64,000 bases of DNA. It comes from Mizuhopecten yessoensis. Its lineage: Eukaryota. This document shows positions 1-12,894 of this stretch, one piece after another. The stretch covers positions 406,426-470,425 of the forward strand of contig NW_018406816.1 of NCBI RefSeq assembly GCF_002113885.1. Direction: 5' to 3'. The notes beneath the pieces were generated by a model. It made no database searches, was not told where the DNA came from, and saw only the letters and a list, made by a program, of their open reading frames with translations. Each line of letters opens with the position of its first letter. Position 1 is the stretch's first letter. Position numbers and translations under genes: made by a program.

Positions 1-160
1 TATTGTGGTGTTTATTTACCAGATTATATATTGTCAGTATCTATTGTGGTGTTTATTTACCAGATTATATATTGTCAGTATCTATTGTGGTGTTTATTTA
101 CCAGATTATATATTATCGATGATGTTGACCACATTGTATCGATGACGTTGACCACATTGT
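1..160. repeat. Intronic tandem repeats (41-bp unit x~2.8, then a ~21-bp unit x2)
   Basis: tattgtggtgtttatttaccagattatatattgtcagtatc repeated from position 1; tatcgatga(t/c)gttgaccacattg twice just before the acceptor at 168-169. Confidence 0.85.
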
Positions 161-169
161 ATTTTGTAG

Positions 170-553
170 ATGACATTTAACAAGGCCTTCAACAGGGGAA
201 GAGTAGTCCACGATCAGGAGGCCAAGAACTGGATCGAGAAACAAAACATCAAGTCAGACCCAGTGCAAGTGCAATGTCTGCCCCTGTACTCCATTTTACT
301 GGCACTCAACCAAACTACTGTGGACTTCTTTAGTCTGGATGTCGAGGGTGACGAACTTAATGTACTCAAGACCATTCCCTTTGACAAGGTTAACATTAAA
401 ATGTTGACAGTAGAATACGTTCACGACACTCGCCGATATTCGGACTTACAGACCTTCATGGAGTCCAAAGGATACGAAACACTTCTCCGAATGCAGAGGG
501 ATAATGGTTCGGTGAACGATATTATTTTCAGAAAGAAAAATTTAGCTCACTAA
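170..553 (+). CDS. Terminal coding exon of a protein Star-like / FkbM-family (Methyltransf_21) methyltransferase
   Basis: Acceptor ttttgtag ends at 169. The translation contains VQCLPLYSILLALNQTTVDFFSLDVEGDELNVLKTIPF...LTVEY, the C-terminal motif set of invertebrate Star-like FkbM proteins. Stop TAA at 551-553; upstream exons lie outside the window. Confidence 0.85.
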   Translation: MTFNKAFNRGRVVHDQEAKNWIEKQNIKSDPVQVQCLPLYSILLALNQTTVDFFSLDVEGDELNVLKTIPFDKVNIKMLTVEYVHDTRRYSDLQTFMESKGYETLLRMQRDNGSVNDIIFRKKNLAH

Positions 554-854
554 AGTTTGAAGATTTTAGCTTTATTTCTTTGATATTACTATGCTTGAAA
601 CACAAAGGTATGAAAATACTGTAATGATGTCATTTAAGGTAATATATGTATCCCCTTTCTAAAAAGAGTTCCACACTAAAAAGGCCTGTTAATCTTTTTG
701 AATTATATATTGGACTCTGTTAAGGGTTCCTAACTGACTGGAGGCAAAACACTTGAGAATTCTGCTGGGTTTTTTTCATACATGATTGACCTCCCTTTTT
801 ATTTTGTTTTTGTGCTATAATGGTGGCGTGACCAGACCATGGTAATACTTTTTA

Positions 855-930
855 CCAGGTTGCTCAGTTGGTAAGTGCCACAATATAATGGTTGGAGATC
901 CAGTGTTCAAATCCTGTTCTGGATTCAATG
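855..930 (+). mobile_element. Degenerate tRNA-derived SINE head
   Basis: A-box-like ttgctcagttgg and B-box-like gttcaaatcc at tRNA-like spacing; no clean cloverleaf. Confidence 0.4.
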
Positions 931-1440
931 CTCTTCTTAAACTTTAGGATTTTTTTTATTTTTTTTCAATTTTTATTTCATCTTGATATATATATATATA
1001 TATAAAAATGTTTCGTAAGATGTAGATTTATGAGTAAAGTAATTCCAAAATAACTTATGATACATAGTAACAAGGTTTTTTTTATCCACGGAGTGTGATT
1101 TTCTGTCGGAACTCTGCTGGTTTGTCCGACTGTTTGAGTGGTGCTAAAGGATTTGTCCAACTTTTTTTTATATTTCACCCCTACGCAACTTTAGTAGACT
1201 CTGCCATGGCATAGATCTGAATGAGTCCATTATGGTTTATAGTGGGGAAAGGGTTAATGTTTATTTATCAGCATTTCTCAGGTGCTGTTTAAGGGAGATA
1301 ATTTTAACTGAATTCACTTTTACAATGCATAAGATAAATATAGCATATACCAGTATTATTGAGAAAGCAATTTTAAATTTTGATAAATCAAAAGATTACA
1401 GTATTTTTAAATCTGATATGACCTAGAAAAGTATAGTTAT

Positions 1441-1530
1441 TTACTCATTCACCCCTGAAATTTCATAATGAACTATTCCATCTTTTGAACGGAAACAGTT
1501 CAAATGTGTCTTCAGGGGTGAATGAGTTGA
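1441..1530. mobile_element. ~90-bp TTAA-flanked MITE family 2 (also ~4061-4151, 43466-43556, 50804-50893, 62727-62812)
   Basis: TIR ctcattcacccct...aggggtgaatgag with ttaa-like flanks; five dispersed copies. The TTAA target suggests piggyBac-type. Confidence 0.75.
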
Positions 1531-2769
1531 AAAAAACTATTGCACATGGTTTATTTGAAATCCAGCAAAAGGATCATTTGAGGTTTCAATAATATATTTT
1601 TTGTTTTTGTTTTCATTTTCTCATTTTCAACATTCCTCAATCTTTGTCCATTCAGCATTACATTCTACCTTAATCTCACAAATAAACCCTTTCACCACTG
1701 TAAATAATAATGGACACATCCAGATCAATGCATGGGAGAGTCTACTAAAGTTACATAGGGATGAAAGGGTTTATTGTCTTTCTAAGCGTAGTTTTTGTAG
1801 ACTTTTTTAGAATACACACATAGATATTTACTCTCATTATAATTTTAAGTTTCTTGACATGAGTCTCAAATTTTACTTCCTATACATGTATATATTCAAA
1901 ATATCTTGAATACAATATTGAGGGAAGATTAATAATGAAAAGATTAATATGTGTTTATAATCAGTATTTAAAAAATGAAATTGTCATAATATAGATTGAC
2001 TTATTAATGAGATAATGGCTGTTCTTTATCCACGGAGTGTGATTTTCTGTCGGAACTCTGCTGGTTTGTCCGACTGTTTGAGTGGTGCTAAAGGATTTGT
2101 CCAACTATTGGCATCGTCTTGTTTATCATCTGGTCCATTTGTCCTTCCATACTATTTTTGTTAGTCCGTCGTTTTATCTATCTGTACTCCGCTAGCATTC
2201 CCTACAGTTTAGTCTAGTCCATCATCTCTGATTCTCTGGTTCCAATATTTTCTTTTTTAAATTTTGAATATAAAACTTTAAAACCACTGGTTTTCGTCAA
2301 GATAACTTGCTCATCTGTCTTTCATTCAGTTTTGATGAAATGTGGTAAGCATGTTGAAAATTGAGTAATTAATTATTATACTACACTCTGATTGGTCAGC
2401 TGTTTCTGCACGTCAATTAATCAAGTATGGCAATATTTGAAAACAAATTTATCCTCAGGCAATTTGACCATTTTAGTGAAACCTTGTAAATCTGGACTTT
2501 TATTTTATAAATATTTATTAAGATTTTAATGCTTTGAAATACATTTTTAACAAAAATCAAAAGATAAGTAATTTAGTTTTAACATATAGTTCTTCAAATT
2601 CGCGGAAAGAAATTGTCGTAATAAGTGAAGTCTAGTTAAATTAATATTTTCATATGCTCTTCATTGATAGCTGATCTTAACTGTTGACTGGGTGTGTGAA
2701 TTGTAAGTGTTAAATACATTTTCTCTATTTAAAGGAGGTTTATTCCAGGGTACCATATATTTGCCTTTT

Positions 2770-3330
2770 ACATAAAATGATGTTGCAACAACAAATGGCA
2801 TTGTCATAGTCAGATTGTTGACAAGTAACGACAATAATAATGAATACCAATGATTATTTTATCCGAATGCGGCTGTTTTATTTAAGAGAAGAGCATACAT
2901 GGGTATTAAGTATTAAATGTAATGATTGATAGAAAAATCAAAACCAAATTTCCTTGTCATGATCATTACACAAATTCACAAGGCATTGTGTCATGGTCTG
3001 GTTATTGTTGACGGTCAATATTTTGACAATGATAATGAACACTTATGACTATAATATTGGATTGCGGCTGTTTTATTTACGAGAACAGCACACATGAATA
3101 TTAATTATGAAATGCAATTATTGATGGAATAAGTGTGATTTTCTATGTCTAAATTCCCAAGTGATCATCACACAGATTCACCATGGCATTGTCATGGCCC
3201 GACTGTTGGCGGTCATCACTTTGACTTCATATATAACGATAATAATTAAACCACTGATAATTGCTTATCATTTGCCAATATATTTATTGGAACAGCATTC
3301 ATTGGTATTTAATTGAAAATGTAATAATCA
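2770..3330. repeat. Degenerate ~190-200-bp tandem repeat x3
   Basis: ggcattgtcatRgYc.ga.tgttg and gcggctgttttattta.gagaa.agca motifs recur from ~2792, ~2979 and ~3182. Confidence 0.55.
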
Positions 3331-4378
3331 TTTTGGTTTTTTATATAAACATTTCATATTGATTGTTATAAAATTGCACAACTCACATTTTAAAGTCTTC
3401 AAAATAAATTGTAAATTTAAAACTGCAGGTAACACTTCCTGGGATTGTCGTGTTTCAAATTGTGATCCCTATCTGTCATTTGATTGACAATAATAATTAT
3501 AAAATTACGCGAAAAATCTGGATTTACAATGTAAATGTCAGCTGAATGGCCTTCAGATTTGAAATACATTCCTTGTGGGCAGTTCAGTTTAATATGTATT
3601 CGCTATGCATAGTATTATGACTGACATCTTGAGATTTCTGTAAAACATTTATCCATGTATACGTATAGACGCCTTTATTTAGTCTGTTAGCCTAGTCAGT
3701 ATTTGCTGATGTTCTTGCCAAAACTATTTGATGTTTTACCAAAGTTGATTTTGTATGTATGTTATATGTATAATATTTAATTTATTACATACCTGTAGAA
3801 TTTTAGCATAGTGATACAGCCTACTTTCAGAAAATGCAATGCAACATGAAACGTTTGTACAAATATTTGTGGTTGCTATATGGAACTACCAAATATAATC
3901 CACTAGTTACGTTTCCGTATCCACAAAAGTTTGTACCACAAAATTATCAAAATATCTTCAACCCACCAAAAAAAGTACCGACAAACATTTCATGTCACAA
4001 AGTATACTACGGTTTTTAACCTTTTTTTTATTTCAAAAATGTATATAGATTTCCCCCCCATTAACTCATTCACCCATGAACTTTCATAATGAACTATTCC
4101 AACCTTTGAATTTGAAGACTTCAAATGTGTCTTCAGGGGTGAATGAGTTGATATTTGTTCATCATCCATCCATGTCAGTATCTGGATCCTCTTCATATCT
4201 AGAGGAATTCGTTCCTCTCGAAAACCTCCAGAGAGTGATAAACGTGCACAAAACAATTTTCTTCAGTTTCATGGTGCGATGAAACTTTTCATCATAATTC
4301 TATATTATTTTGAAAGGTTCGTTCACACCAGAAACTGTTAAATTCCAATATTGCACCATGACCGGTGATATTCTTTAG

Positions 4379-4469
4379 TTAACCCTTTCACCACTGTAGA
4401 CCTTAATGGACTCATCCAAATCAATGCATGGTAGAGTCTACTAAAGTTATATAGGGTTGAAAGTGTTAA
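4379..4469. mobile_element. ~90-bp piggyBac-like MITE family 1 (also ~1172-1257, 1685-1773, 43768-43862, 47570-47659, 52670-52760, 57870-57964)
   Basis: ttaa|ccctttcacc...ggtgaaaggg|ttaa consensus, i.e. TTAA TSD with CCC/GGG termini; shared core ggactcatccagatcaatgcatggtagagtctactaaagtt; seven copies. Confidence 0.8.
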
Positions 4470-4679
4470 ATAATTGTCCTGTTCAATCAACCAATGTTCA
4501 ATGGCCAGAGGCTCTAGGGGTATAGATAGTAAGGCTTGGTTAAATTTTTGGAATATTATTTGCGTTATATGCCTTGAACAGTTGGCATTGTCCTCTAAGA
4601 GGCACACATCTGGTCAGAATTATAAGACAGGGGCACCAGAGTGGGTCCTAAGCTTTCAGAGGGATCATACAGAAACAAT

Positions 4680-4910
4680 TGGGCTGGTCTGGTGGCGCAG
4701 TGGATAAGCCGATGGCCTTTCACCAAGATGGCCAGAGTTTGATTCCCCGTTCGGATGTGAAAAGGATGTGAAAAGGCATGAGATCACCTGCCCGACCAGA
4801 TACTCTCTGGATACTCCGGTTACTCCGATTTCCTCCCGAAATTCGGACCCTCTCCCCACTAACATCCTGGCCACGAGAGTGATTACGTAATATAAGTTAT
4901 ATAAGTTGTA
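4680..4910 (+). mobile_element. tRNA-derived SINE with V-domain-like core
   Basis: A box tggcgcagtgg, B box gtttgattcc, core tactccg...tttcctccc typical of V-SINEs, short repeated tail; reverse copies at ~47080-47245 and ~52790-53025. Confidence 0.75.
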
Positions 4911-5474
4911 ACTGGTCAAGTATACACACTTTGAATTTCATGCAGATTGATTTGGGAAGCCATTTTATGCATAGTTAGTTCTAATGTGTAAAATCTGCTT
5001 CATCAAAAGCTGTCCATATTGTCTCCATCTTACAATTATGGATTTCTCTTCCTGCCAAAGTTAACGCAACAACCTTCTGTACAGTACTTGGTTGTAAACA
5101 AATTGTCTGCTTTTATCACTTCCAAGTACTGTATTGTTTACTGCAGATATACAAATTCTAAACATGAAAAACATAAAGCAAAATGCACATTATATAACAG
5201 TTTTAAAAAGCATTCCATGGATAATATATGATTGGTCAATTATTCATTTTGAAATTTTTTGTTTGTATTTACATGCAATGAAATTAGTCAATTTTGTTAG
5301 ATTTACGTGAAAACGAATTCAGCATTATCAATAATTTTGTACATGTTGTGTATATTTAATCATGTTAATATGATAGTAGTACTAGTCCATTGTGTTTATG
5401 TCCCCCAAAGAGGAATGGGGGGGATACTGTTTTACTGTATTTCTGTTAATCTTTTATGAGCATTTCAGCATTAT

Positions 5475-5910
5475 GGATCCCTGTGGCACTGCACTGTGGT
5501 TTTCCGTATCTACACTTACCTCCCCTTAGTTTTGTTTTGGCTATAATTTGCAGTCCAAACGGTTAAACCGGTTTGATCAAAGTTGTTCGTTTATGAAATT
5601 AGGTCGGACCTAGTATTCTGTTGCTGCTTTCAGGCGAGCTTTGACAAAGCCTTGCAAGGCCTGCATTAACATTTGCAGATCCACCAGGGAAATGTTACAT
5701 TTAAAAACAGACTAACCGGTAGTTCTGCATAAATGAACAGGCCCCAGTTAACTCAGTCAGTTAACCGTTCAGTCAGGTTAGCCGCAGTAAATTTTCACTC
5801 TGAACGCACTGTTGTTGATCATATTTGTTTATTGCTTCTTTTAGTCATGCAAAAAAAGATAAGTTTCTGACCTGTATTTACAGGTTTCGTTCGCAGTGGT
5901 ACAGGGATCC
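5475..5910. mobile_element. Non-autonomous TIR element, Kolobok-like
   Basis: TIRs ggatccctgtggcactgc / gcagtggtacagggatcc, flanked by ttat and ttaa, GG termini. Confidence 0.55.
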
Positions 5911-6599
5911 TTAAATAACTTTTTATGCAAATATCTGAAAACAACAGATGAGTGATAGAGATTTTTGTTTTGCCTTTACTTATGCAGTGCTTTTTTTATA
6001 TACATTTGTATATCCCCAGGCTGTAGTTCGGTGTATTTAGGTACATGTACCATGCATGTTTACTGGGCATGTTATTGTAATATTCAGCATTGCTTTGATA
6101 TTTTTGTCATACTTTTATCTTAACAAATGTTGTAGTTTAAAATATGTTTGATGTAAAGTCTTTTAGAACATTTTTTTCCCATCAATTGTCAATAATATTT
6201 TTTTTATATATTTTTTTTTCTCTTTCCTAAATGAATCATTTTCCTATAGTGTTGTTCATGACCAGGACCTAATGGCCCTCACACTATACCTCCCAATACA
6301 ACTGTTTCTGAAGGAAAGGAACGTAATAGATTTAGTACGTCAAATGGTTTTCATGCATAAATTTTCTTAATGAATGATGGTAGTGTTTAATTGATGAATG
6401 TATTCAATGATCAGTTGTTTCAACTCCGACTATGACGAATTATTCCTGAGTTTCTATGATTGACATGGTTTGAATAATTATGAAAATTCTCAAGGGTTAT
6501 CGAGATTCGGAGCAGAAACGAAAAAAATGATTAATTAAACAAATAAGTTTACCTTAAATTTTTCATAATTTTACCGATAAATTTTTCCTAGACTGTTTT

Positions 6600-7777
6600 T
6601 ATACGCCCGTCGAATACGGGGACGTATTATGTTATCACGTGAGCGGGCGGGCGGGTGGGCNNNNNNNNNNNNNNNNNNNNNNNNNNNNNNNNNNNNNNNN
6701 NNNNNNNNNNNNNNNNNNNNNNNNNNNNNNNNNNNNNNNNNNNNNNNNNNNNNNNNNNNNNNNNNNNNNNNNNNNNNNNNNNNNNNNNNNNNNNNNNNNN
6801 NNNNNNNNNNNNNNNNNNNNNNNNNNNNNNNNNNNNNNNNNNNNNNNNNNNNNNNNNNNNNNNNNNNNNNNNNNNNNNNNNNNNNNNNNNNNNNNNNNNN
6901 NNNNNNNNNNNNNNNNNNNNNNNNNNNNNNNNNNNNNNNNNNNNNNNNNNNNNNNNNNNNNNNNNNNNNNNNNNNNNNNNNNNNNNNNNNNNNNNNNNNN
7001 NNNNNNNNNNNNNNNNNNNNNNNNNNNNNNNNNNNNNNNNNNNNNNNNNNNNNNNNNNNNNNNNNNNNNNNNNNNNNNNNNNNNNNNNNNNNNNNNNNNN
7101 NNNNNNNNNNNNNNNNNNNNNNNNNNNNNNNNNNNNNNNNNNNNNNNNNNNNNNNNNNNNNNNNNNNNNNNNNNNNNNNNNNNNNNNNNNNNNNNNNNNN
7201 NNNNNNNNNNNNNNNNNNNNNNNNNNNNNNNNNNNNNNNNNNNNNNNNNNNNNNNNNNNNNNNNNNNNNNNNNNNNNNNNNNNNNNNNNNNNNNNNNNNN
7301 NNNNNNNNNNNNNNNNNNNNNNNNNNNNNNNNNNNNNNNNNNNNNNNNNNNNNNNNNNNNNNNNNNNNNNNNNNNNNNNNNNNNNNNNNNNNNNNNNNNN
7401 NNNNNNNNNNNNNNNNNNNNNNNNNNNNNNNNNNNNNNNNNNNNNNNNNNNNNNNNNNNNNNNNNNNNNNNNNNNNNNNNNNNNNNNNNNNNNNNNNNNN
7501 NNNNNNNNNNNNNNNNNNNNNNNNNNNNNNNNNNCACGGACAAGTTTGATAACCGCCATTATCCGACCGTAATTACAGGAGTTATTACCCTTGGTTTCAT
7601 TAATGCGATGCATGCGTTCCATGATGTTGTATTGCACTCATTGATCTACCAGTTATGTTGAATGATTTCTCTTTTAATATCAATTACTCACAAATACTTC
7701 ATATATTTCAATCATACAAACAACTGCTCATTCAATGTGTGACGGGCGTATTATATACCGCTCGCGGTAACCTTGTT
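6600..7777 (+). mobile_element. Helentron-associated non-autonomous element (HINE/pearl-like) spanning an assembly gap
   Basis: 5' subTIR tatacgcccgtc followed by a (gcgg)n microsatellite; 3' subTIR gacgggcgta, hairpin accgctcgcggt and cttgtt end. Same family at 47993-48361. Confidence 0.7.
6661..7534. other. Assembly gap (N run)
   Basis: Run of n. Confidence 1.
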
Positions 7778-8169
7778 TAAAAATAACGTTCCCCCTTCAG
7801 TAAGATATTTAAAAAGCATCCACCCCATTTTACTCATTTTGGTGAATGCTTCTCTATATTTTCATTTCATTTTATGATCGATCAAATATCTCACTTCAAC
7901 GGGTTGTTGACGACATGGTAAAAGACAATGATGAAATGAAAGTAAAATGTACCACACCCCTTACTGCAAACCAAGGGCAGCAACCATTTACTTAATAATA
8001 CTTTTCCAAGGTTACTAAAATCTAAATTTCTTGTCATTATGAGATAGAGCATAATCAAAGAAGGTGGAGAACTATACCAAATACTGTAAAGTGTACATAT
8101 TTTAGTGGTCACAAAGGACTTGGGCAATTTTTGGCCTCATGAAAAGTAAAAAAAAATCCACTTGAATTT

Positions 8170-9240
8170 ATTTACCCATTTCTGTTATAAATATCATATG
8201 GGTTAATTTGGGCCAATGTTTTTCAAATGGGCATGCGGAGATGTTCTACCATAGCAGCAATATTGCTTTGCTATTATGAAATGGCCAAATAAGAGTTTTT
8301 TTGGACAGTTAACATGCAGAAATGAAAATCTCCGTAACATTTCATTTCTACGAATGAACACTGTTATGACAATGTTAAAGCATGTCAAATATCCATTTGT
8401 TTGATGCATGCAGAGGCTTTCAAAAATTAAAGAGTCTGTGGGTAATTTCCTTCAAAATGGCCAATTTTCAATCAAATAGGGCACAATGGACGATATACAC
8501 ACATTTTATTATCGGAAAAAGCTGGTTTATGTCTCTCTTCGTAATGCCATATCTCCTAAACCAGTTGTCGAACGAATTTGAAATTTCATATTTGCGTACT
8601 TCATGTATTCCAGATTACGAATATATCAACTTATTCTATATCCACAATGAGGTCGGAAATTACCCTTAAAGCGTCTTGGTCCTTATATTTTATAGCGTAT
8701 TATCAAGTTTTAACAGATTAACAAATTAATAACTGATTTACCAAAACTTTCAATTAAAGCAATCATTTTTTTAAACGGTGTTTCAAACGTAGAGTGCTAA
8801 AATTGGAATACTTTTAAAATTGTACGTTTACAGTATAACAACGATAGTTAACAAATCGTCTTCCCATAAGTTATCATGAGCAGTTCTAGAGCATATCATT
8901 ATATCATATTGCGATATCTTATTGTTAAAGTTAGTTGGTAGTTAACAGTTGTCTGTATTTTTAATGTATTGCTTGTTCATATCCTCAGTTTACTGTGCCA
9001 CTTTTAATAATTTTCCCATCATGACTCTCTTGTGTTGATGGACTGTCTAGAATGGAACATACATATCCGATCCAAATTTTTTAAATGAAGCTATTTTGGA
9101 TTTGACTCTGACAAAGTATTATAGTTTATATATGTTACAATGTGTCTGATTAGTTAAACATGATGTCACACCAGGTACACAAGGGTGAGAAAATATCAAG
9201 TCTCCCTCACTTGATCTAGTCGCCATCACATGATCCGCTT
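8170..9240 (+). repeat. Segmental duplicate block (paralogous to ~22030-23115)
   Basis: Colinear similarity, e.g. gaatttgaaatttcatatttg and gtacgtttacagtataacaacgatagtta in both. Confidence 0.8.
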
Positions 9241-10290
9241 CTCTGTTTATTCCTTCTCGGAGCTTCTTTGATAGATTTATATTGCAATCAGTCCTGATAA
9301 TTTTACTGTTTTTTATTGTTCTTTTTAGATATCATAAAATGTTTGTCCCCTTTGTCGTAGGGAAACATGATTATATAGGGAAACATGATAATTTGTTTCA
9401 TTCAATAAATCATATTTATGAAATCAAAGCCTGTTGATGTCAAATATCACATTTCCTATGTCAAATTGCCATAAAATGATGATATTAAGAGGAGTGTGAT
9501 GAATTTGGAACCTAATAGATTGATCAGACTTGGAGATCAAATGTTATACTCAAGATATCAACACCAAGGATCCTGTTTAAAAATACTTTGATCTTTTTTT
9601 ATCAATTACGGAATCCTAAGCATAGATTCTCTAACACTTGCAATAATGTTCAAAATTTGTATTGATGTGATGTCACAATTACAGCCTTTTCAGTACAATT
9701 TGATCTAATAACACTTTTTAAATCCAAAATATGTTTTGCTGGAAAGGTTCTAGATATGTGTATTTTCTGCAATAGGGTAAAGAGCTGAACAGATCTGGTC
9801 AAATGAAATTGACCCCTTGGCCAACTTTCATAATTTGGTAAATGTCAATGATGTTTTTGAGATTGTTTGTTTCCAGTCCAGTTAAAAATTGCTTTTTTTT
9901 TTTTTTTTTTTAGAATTAAAGCATTTGTCGAGATATGTATTGTTTTAATTTAGCCAACGATTTTGACAATAGCATTTTCAGTATTGTAATAACAATTGTG
10001 GTCATACAATATATATACATATTGTTTACATTGTGCCATTGTTTTGTGCCATGAATATGTAGATTTTTAGTATTTATTATCTGCCCTGGGGTTTTGGTGA
10101 TGTTTTTATCCATAGTTACCGACAGACTTGATACATTTTCTGAAATTATTATTTAGCAAAGATTGTATGATATGTTGCATGTTCATTTATCGATACTCTA
10201 TTAAGGCTTTGGTAGGCATACTTCTGTACCACTGAATAAACATATATATCTACGATGACTTGATTGGGGACAGATGCTGTAGATGTAAAA
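9240..10290 (+). repeat. Segmental duplicate block (paralogous to ~16318-17285)
   Basis: Near-identical colinear sequence from ctctgtttattccttctc to cagatgctgtagatgta. Confidence 0.9.
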
Positions 10291-10581
10291 AAAAAAATCA
10301 CTGTTTTCTAAAAATAAAAAAGTTTAGAACAAATAAAAGCACCAAGTGAAATCATTGACATAGGTTATAAATTATAATCGTTATGATGTAAAATTACCCA
10401 AATATGTTCTGGTCTCTGATCCACTTAGAAATTACGATGAGATTGAATTAAGTCTGTCCATATTAAGATCGCTTGATGTTGTAAACTTCAAAAATATTCG
10501 AGAAAAACAATATGTTCACCATTGAAATTTGCTGAACTGTTAATCTCTTTTGGTATTTTCCTTAATAAATAAGGGGCGGGG

Positions 10582-11068
10582 NNNNNNNNNNNNNNNNNNN
10601 NNNNNNNNNNNNNNNNNNNNNNNNNNNNNNNNNNNNNNNNNNNNNNNNNNNNNNNNNNNNNNNNNNNNNNNNNNNNNNNNNNNNNNNNNNNNNNNNNNNN
10701 NNNNNNNNNNNNNNNNNNNNNNNNNNNNNNNNNNNNNNNNNNNNNNNNNNNNNNNNNNNNNNNNNNNNNNNNNNNNNNNNNNNNNNNNNNNNNNNNNNNN
10801 NNNNNNNNNNNNNNNNNNNNNNNNNNNNNNNNNNNNNNNNNNNNNNNNNNNNNNNNNNNNNNNNNNNNNNNNNNNNNNNNNNNNNNNNNNNNNNNNNNNN
10901 NNNNNNNNNNNNNNNNNNNNNNNNNNNNNNNNNNNNNNNNNNNNNNNNNNNNNNNNNNNNNNNNNNNNNNNNNNNNNNNNNNNNNNNNNNNNNNNNNNNN
11001 NNNNNNNNNNNNNNNNNNNNNNNNNNNNNNNNNNNNNNNNNNNNNNNNNNNNNNNNNNNNNNNNNNNN
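10582..11068. other. Assembly gap (N run) flanked by G tracts
   Basis: Run of n between ggggcggg and gggggagggggg. Confidence 1.
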
Positions 11069-11639
11069 GGGGGAGGGGGGGATTACCCTGCATTTCCAGA
11101 AATACAATCAATTGTGATATACATGTATTACAATATTCTTTGAAAATTGGATTGGTTAAAATTCTTTTAATACCCACATATTATTATCAACCAAGCAAGT
11201 AAGCACATTGACATGTGGTAATGGGGAGATAACTGTTATTTGGTGAGGTTACACTATATCTAGCGAGAGATTAATCGTCAGATGTTTTCACTCATAATAG
11301 CATTGAAAACTGGTTTTGTTTGCTTAGACGTAAATAATGAAAAATAGCATTATAGATCTGAAATTGTGTTAAAATTCATACATTAAAATCTCACGCTTTA
11401 TGGAATATAGATTTGCAAAATCAGTAATACACTTTAAACAGTATCCTGTAAAATAGTAGGTGATTGTTATATATGTCTTCCAATGTTTTTAGTATTTTGT
11501 GTAGGAAAGGGTTGTATTTGTATATATTCATGTTTGAAAAACAAATAAAAATATAAAAATGAAAGTATTTGTTTGTATAGCACTACATGTCTTTTTATTA
11601 CATTAATTCAAAATATCGAATCATTTTACTTTGAAAAAA

Positions 11640-11735
11640 GTCGCCAACAGTTGGTAGACATGCGTCGAGGATTGTAACATGGCATATGTTAGTTTTTTTT
11701 ATCTTATCGGTAAACGTAGGTGCTATAAAGACCTG
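11640..11735 (+). promoter_or_regulatory. Candidate C1qDC promoter: CCAACAGTTGG, tandem GATA (TTATCTTATC), TATAAAG
   Basis: TATAAAG at 11724-11730, ~130 bp before the ATG. The same module precedes paralogs at ~20185-20265, 24785-24870, 29765-29850 and, reversed, ~16030-16110 and ~36220-36260 (GATA pair only). Confidence 0.55.
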
Positions 11736-11853
11736 TGTGCCCTGTAAGGAACCAGTGACGGTAGCAGTATCGGAGTGATCAAGACGTTAAGACAGAATAT
11801 CGTTTCCGAACATTGTCTGGAGTGTTGTCTGTTGATTTTCCCAAAAAGGAGAC

Positions 11854-12894
11854 ATGAAGTTAAGTATAACGGTGATGTCGTTATGTCTTGCCCCAATAGT
11901 ATGGGGACAGATACTGAACCAGGGTGGCGATACGCTACAAGTCCATAGCAAAGCAATACTAGACTTACAGTTAAGGTTATCTACTGTAGAACATCTGCGC
12001 AATGAAGACGCACTACGCATCGATGATCTTGCAAAATGGCAGCAAATTGACCAGAGACGTATTGCCGACCTTGAGAAACAACAACAAATTGATCGCAGCC
12101 GTATTTCTGACCTTGTAAACAAAAGAGATGAGGACAATCAAACCATAGATGACCTTGAGAAAAAGCGACAAGATGATCAGCAACGTATTGGTGACCTTGA
12201 GAAACAACAACGTGTTTTTCAACGCCGTATTGCTGACATGGAGAAGAACGACACAGTTGGTGATCAACGTCGTTTAACCTACCCTAATAAACAGGAACCT
12301 CGTAGAAACTTTGACCCCCGTCAGAAATTGCCCTTTAACTCGTTTACCAACAGTACAACACATATGGCTGATGGAAGACGCGTGCCTAGCGTTAGGAAAA
12401 CGAGAAGTGTTGGACTCCATCCCAGAAATTCCGAGTTACCAAGTCCAACGTTGGAAACAAGTAACCAAAGCATTAAAAAACGTGTTTCCCCGAACAATCA
12501 AGGTATGGTGGCATTTTATGCTGTTCTAACACACACTATATCCCAATTGTCTGATCTTATGGAAATGCGTTTCGACCGTGTGATCACTAATATTGGGGGT
12601 TCTTAAAGTGGAAACACGGGTACTTTCACGTGTACACATGCGGGCGTGTATGTGTTCTCGTGGACAGTACACGTGAATTCTCGGTATATGTACACGGAAC
12701 TGGTAAAAAACGGTAACGTGATTGGGAGTGCGTTCTCTGGAGATTCCCAGTACAGCGGAATCGGAGGAGGATCCGTGGTTGTGCAACTGGACCAAGCAGA
12801 TGAGGTTTGGGTCCGAGTAAATTACCATAATCCTGGAAGTTACATTTACGCCGATAGGCATACAACAACATTCTCTGGATTTCTTCTCCAGTAG
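11854..12894 (+). pseudogene. C1q-domain-containing gene copy A with one premature stop (TAC>TAA at 12604-12606)
   Basis: Signal peptide MKLSITVMSLCLAPIVWG, coiled-coil repeats and gC1q start; GGS-stop-SGNTG where paralogs read GGSYSGNTG; the frame continues to FSGFLLQ-stop (346 aa if repaired). Confidence 0.9.

Noticed and set aside
4680-4755. Possible tRNA gene (also ~855-930 and ~54335-54400 on the minus strand)
   Set aside because: A and B boxes are present but the cloverleaf is degenerate, and at 4680 a SINE body follows.
6627-7661. Long ORFs spanning N runs (also 10488-11177)
   Set aside because: Artefacts of untranslatable gap sequence.
11787-12267. Antisense ORFs over the C1qDC genes (also at 24859-25432, 29828-30459, 35682-36135)
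   Set aside because: Shadows of the repetitive coiled-coil codons; no independent coding evidence.
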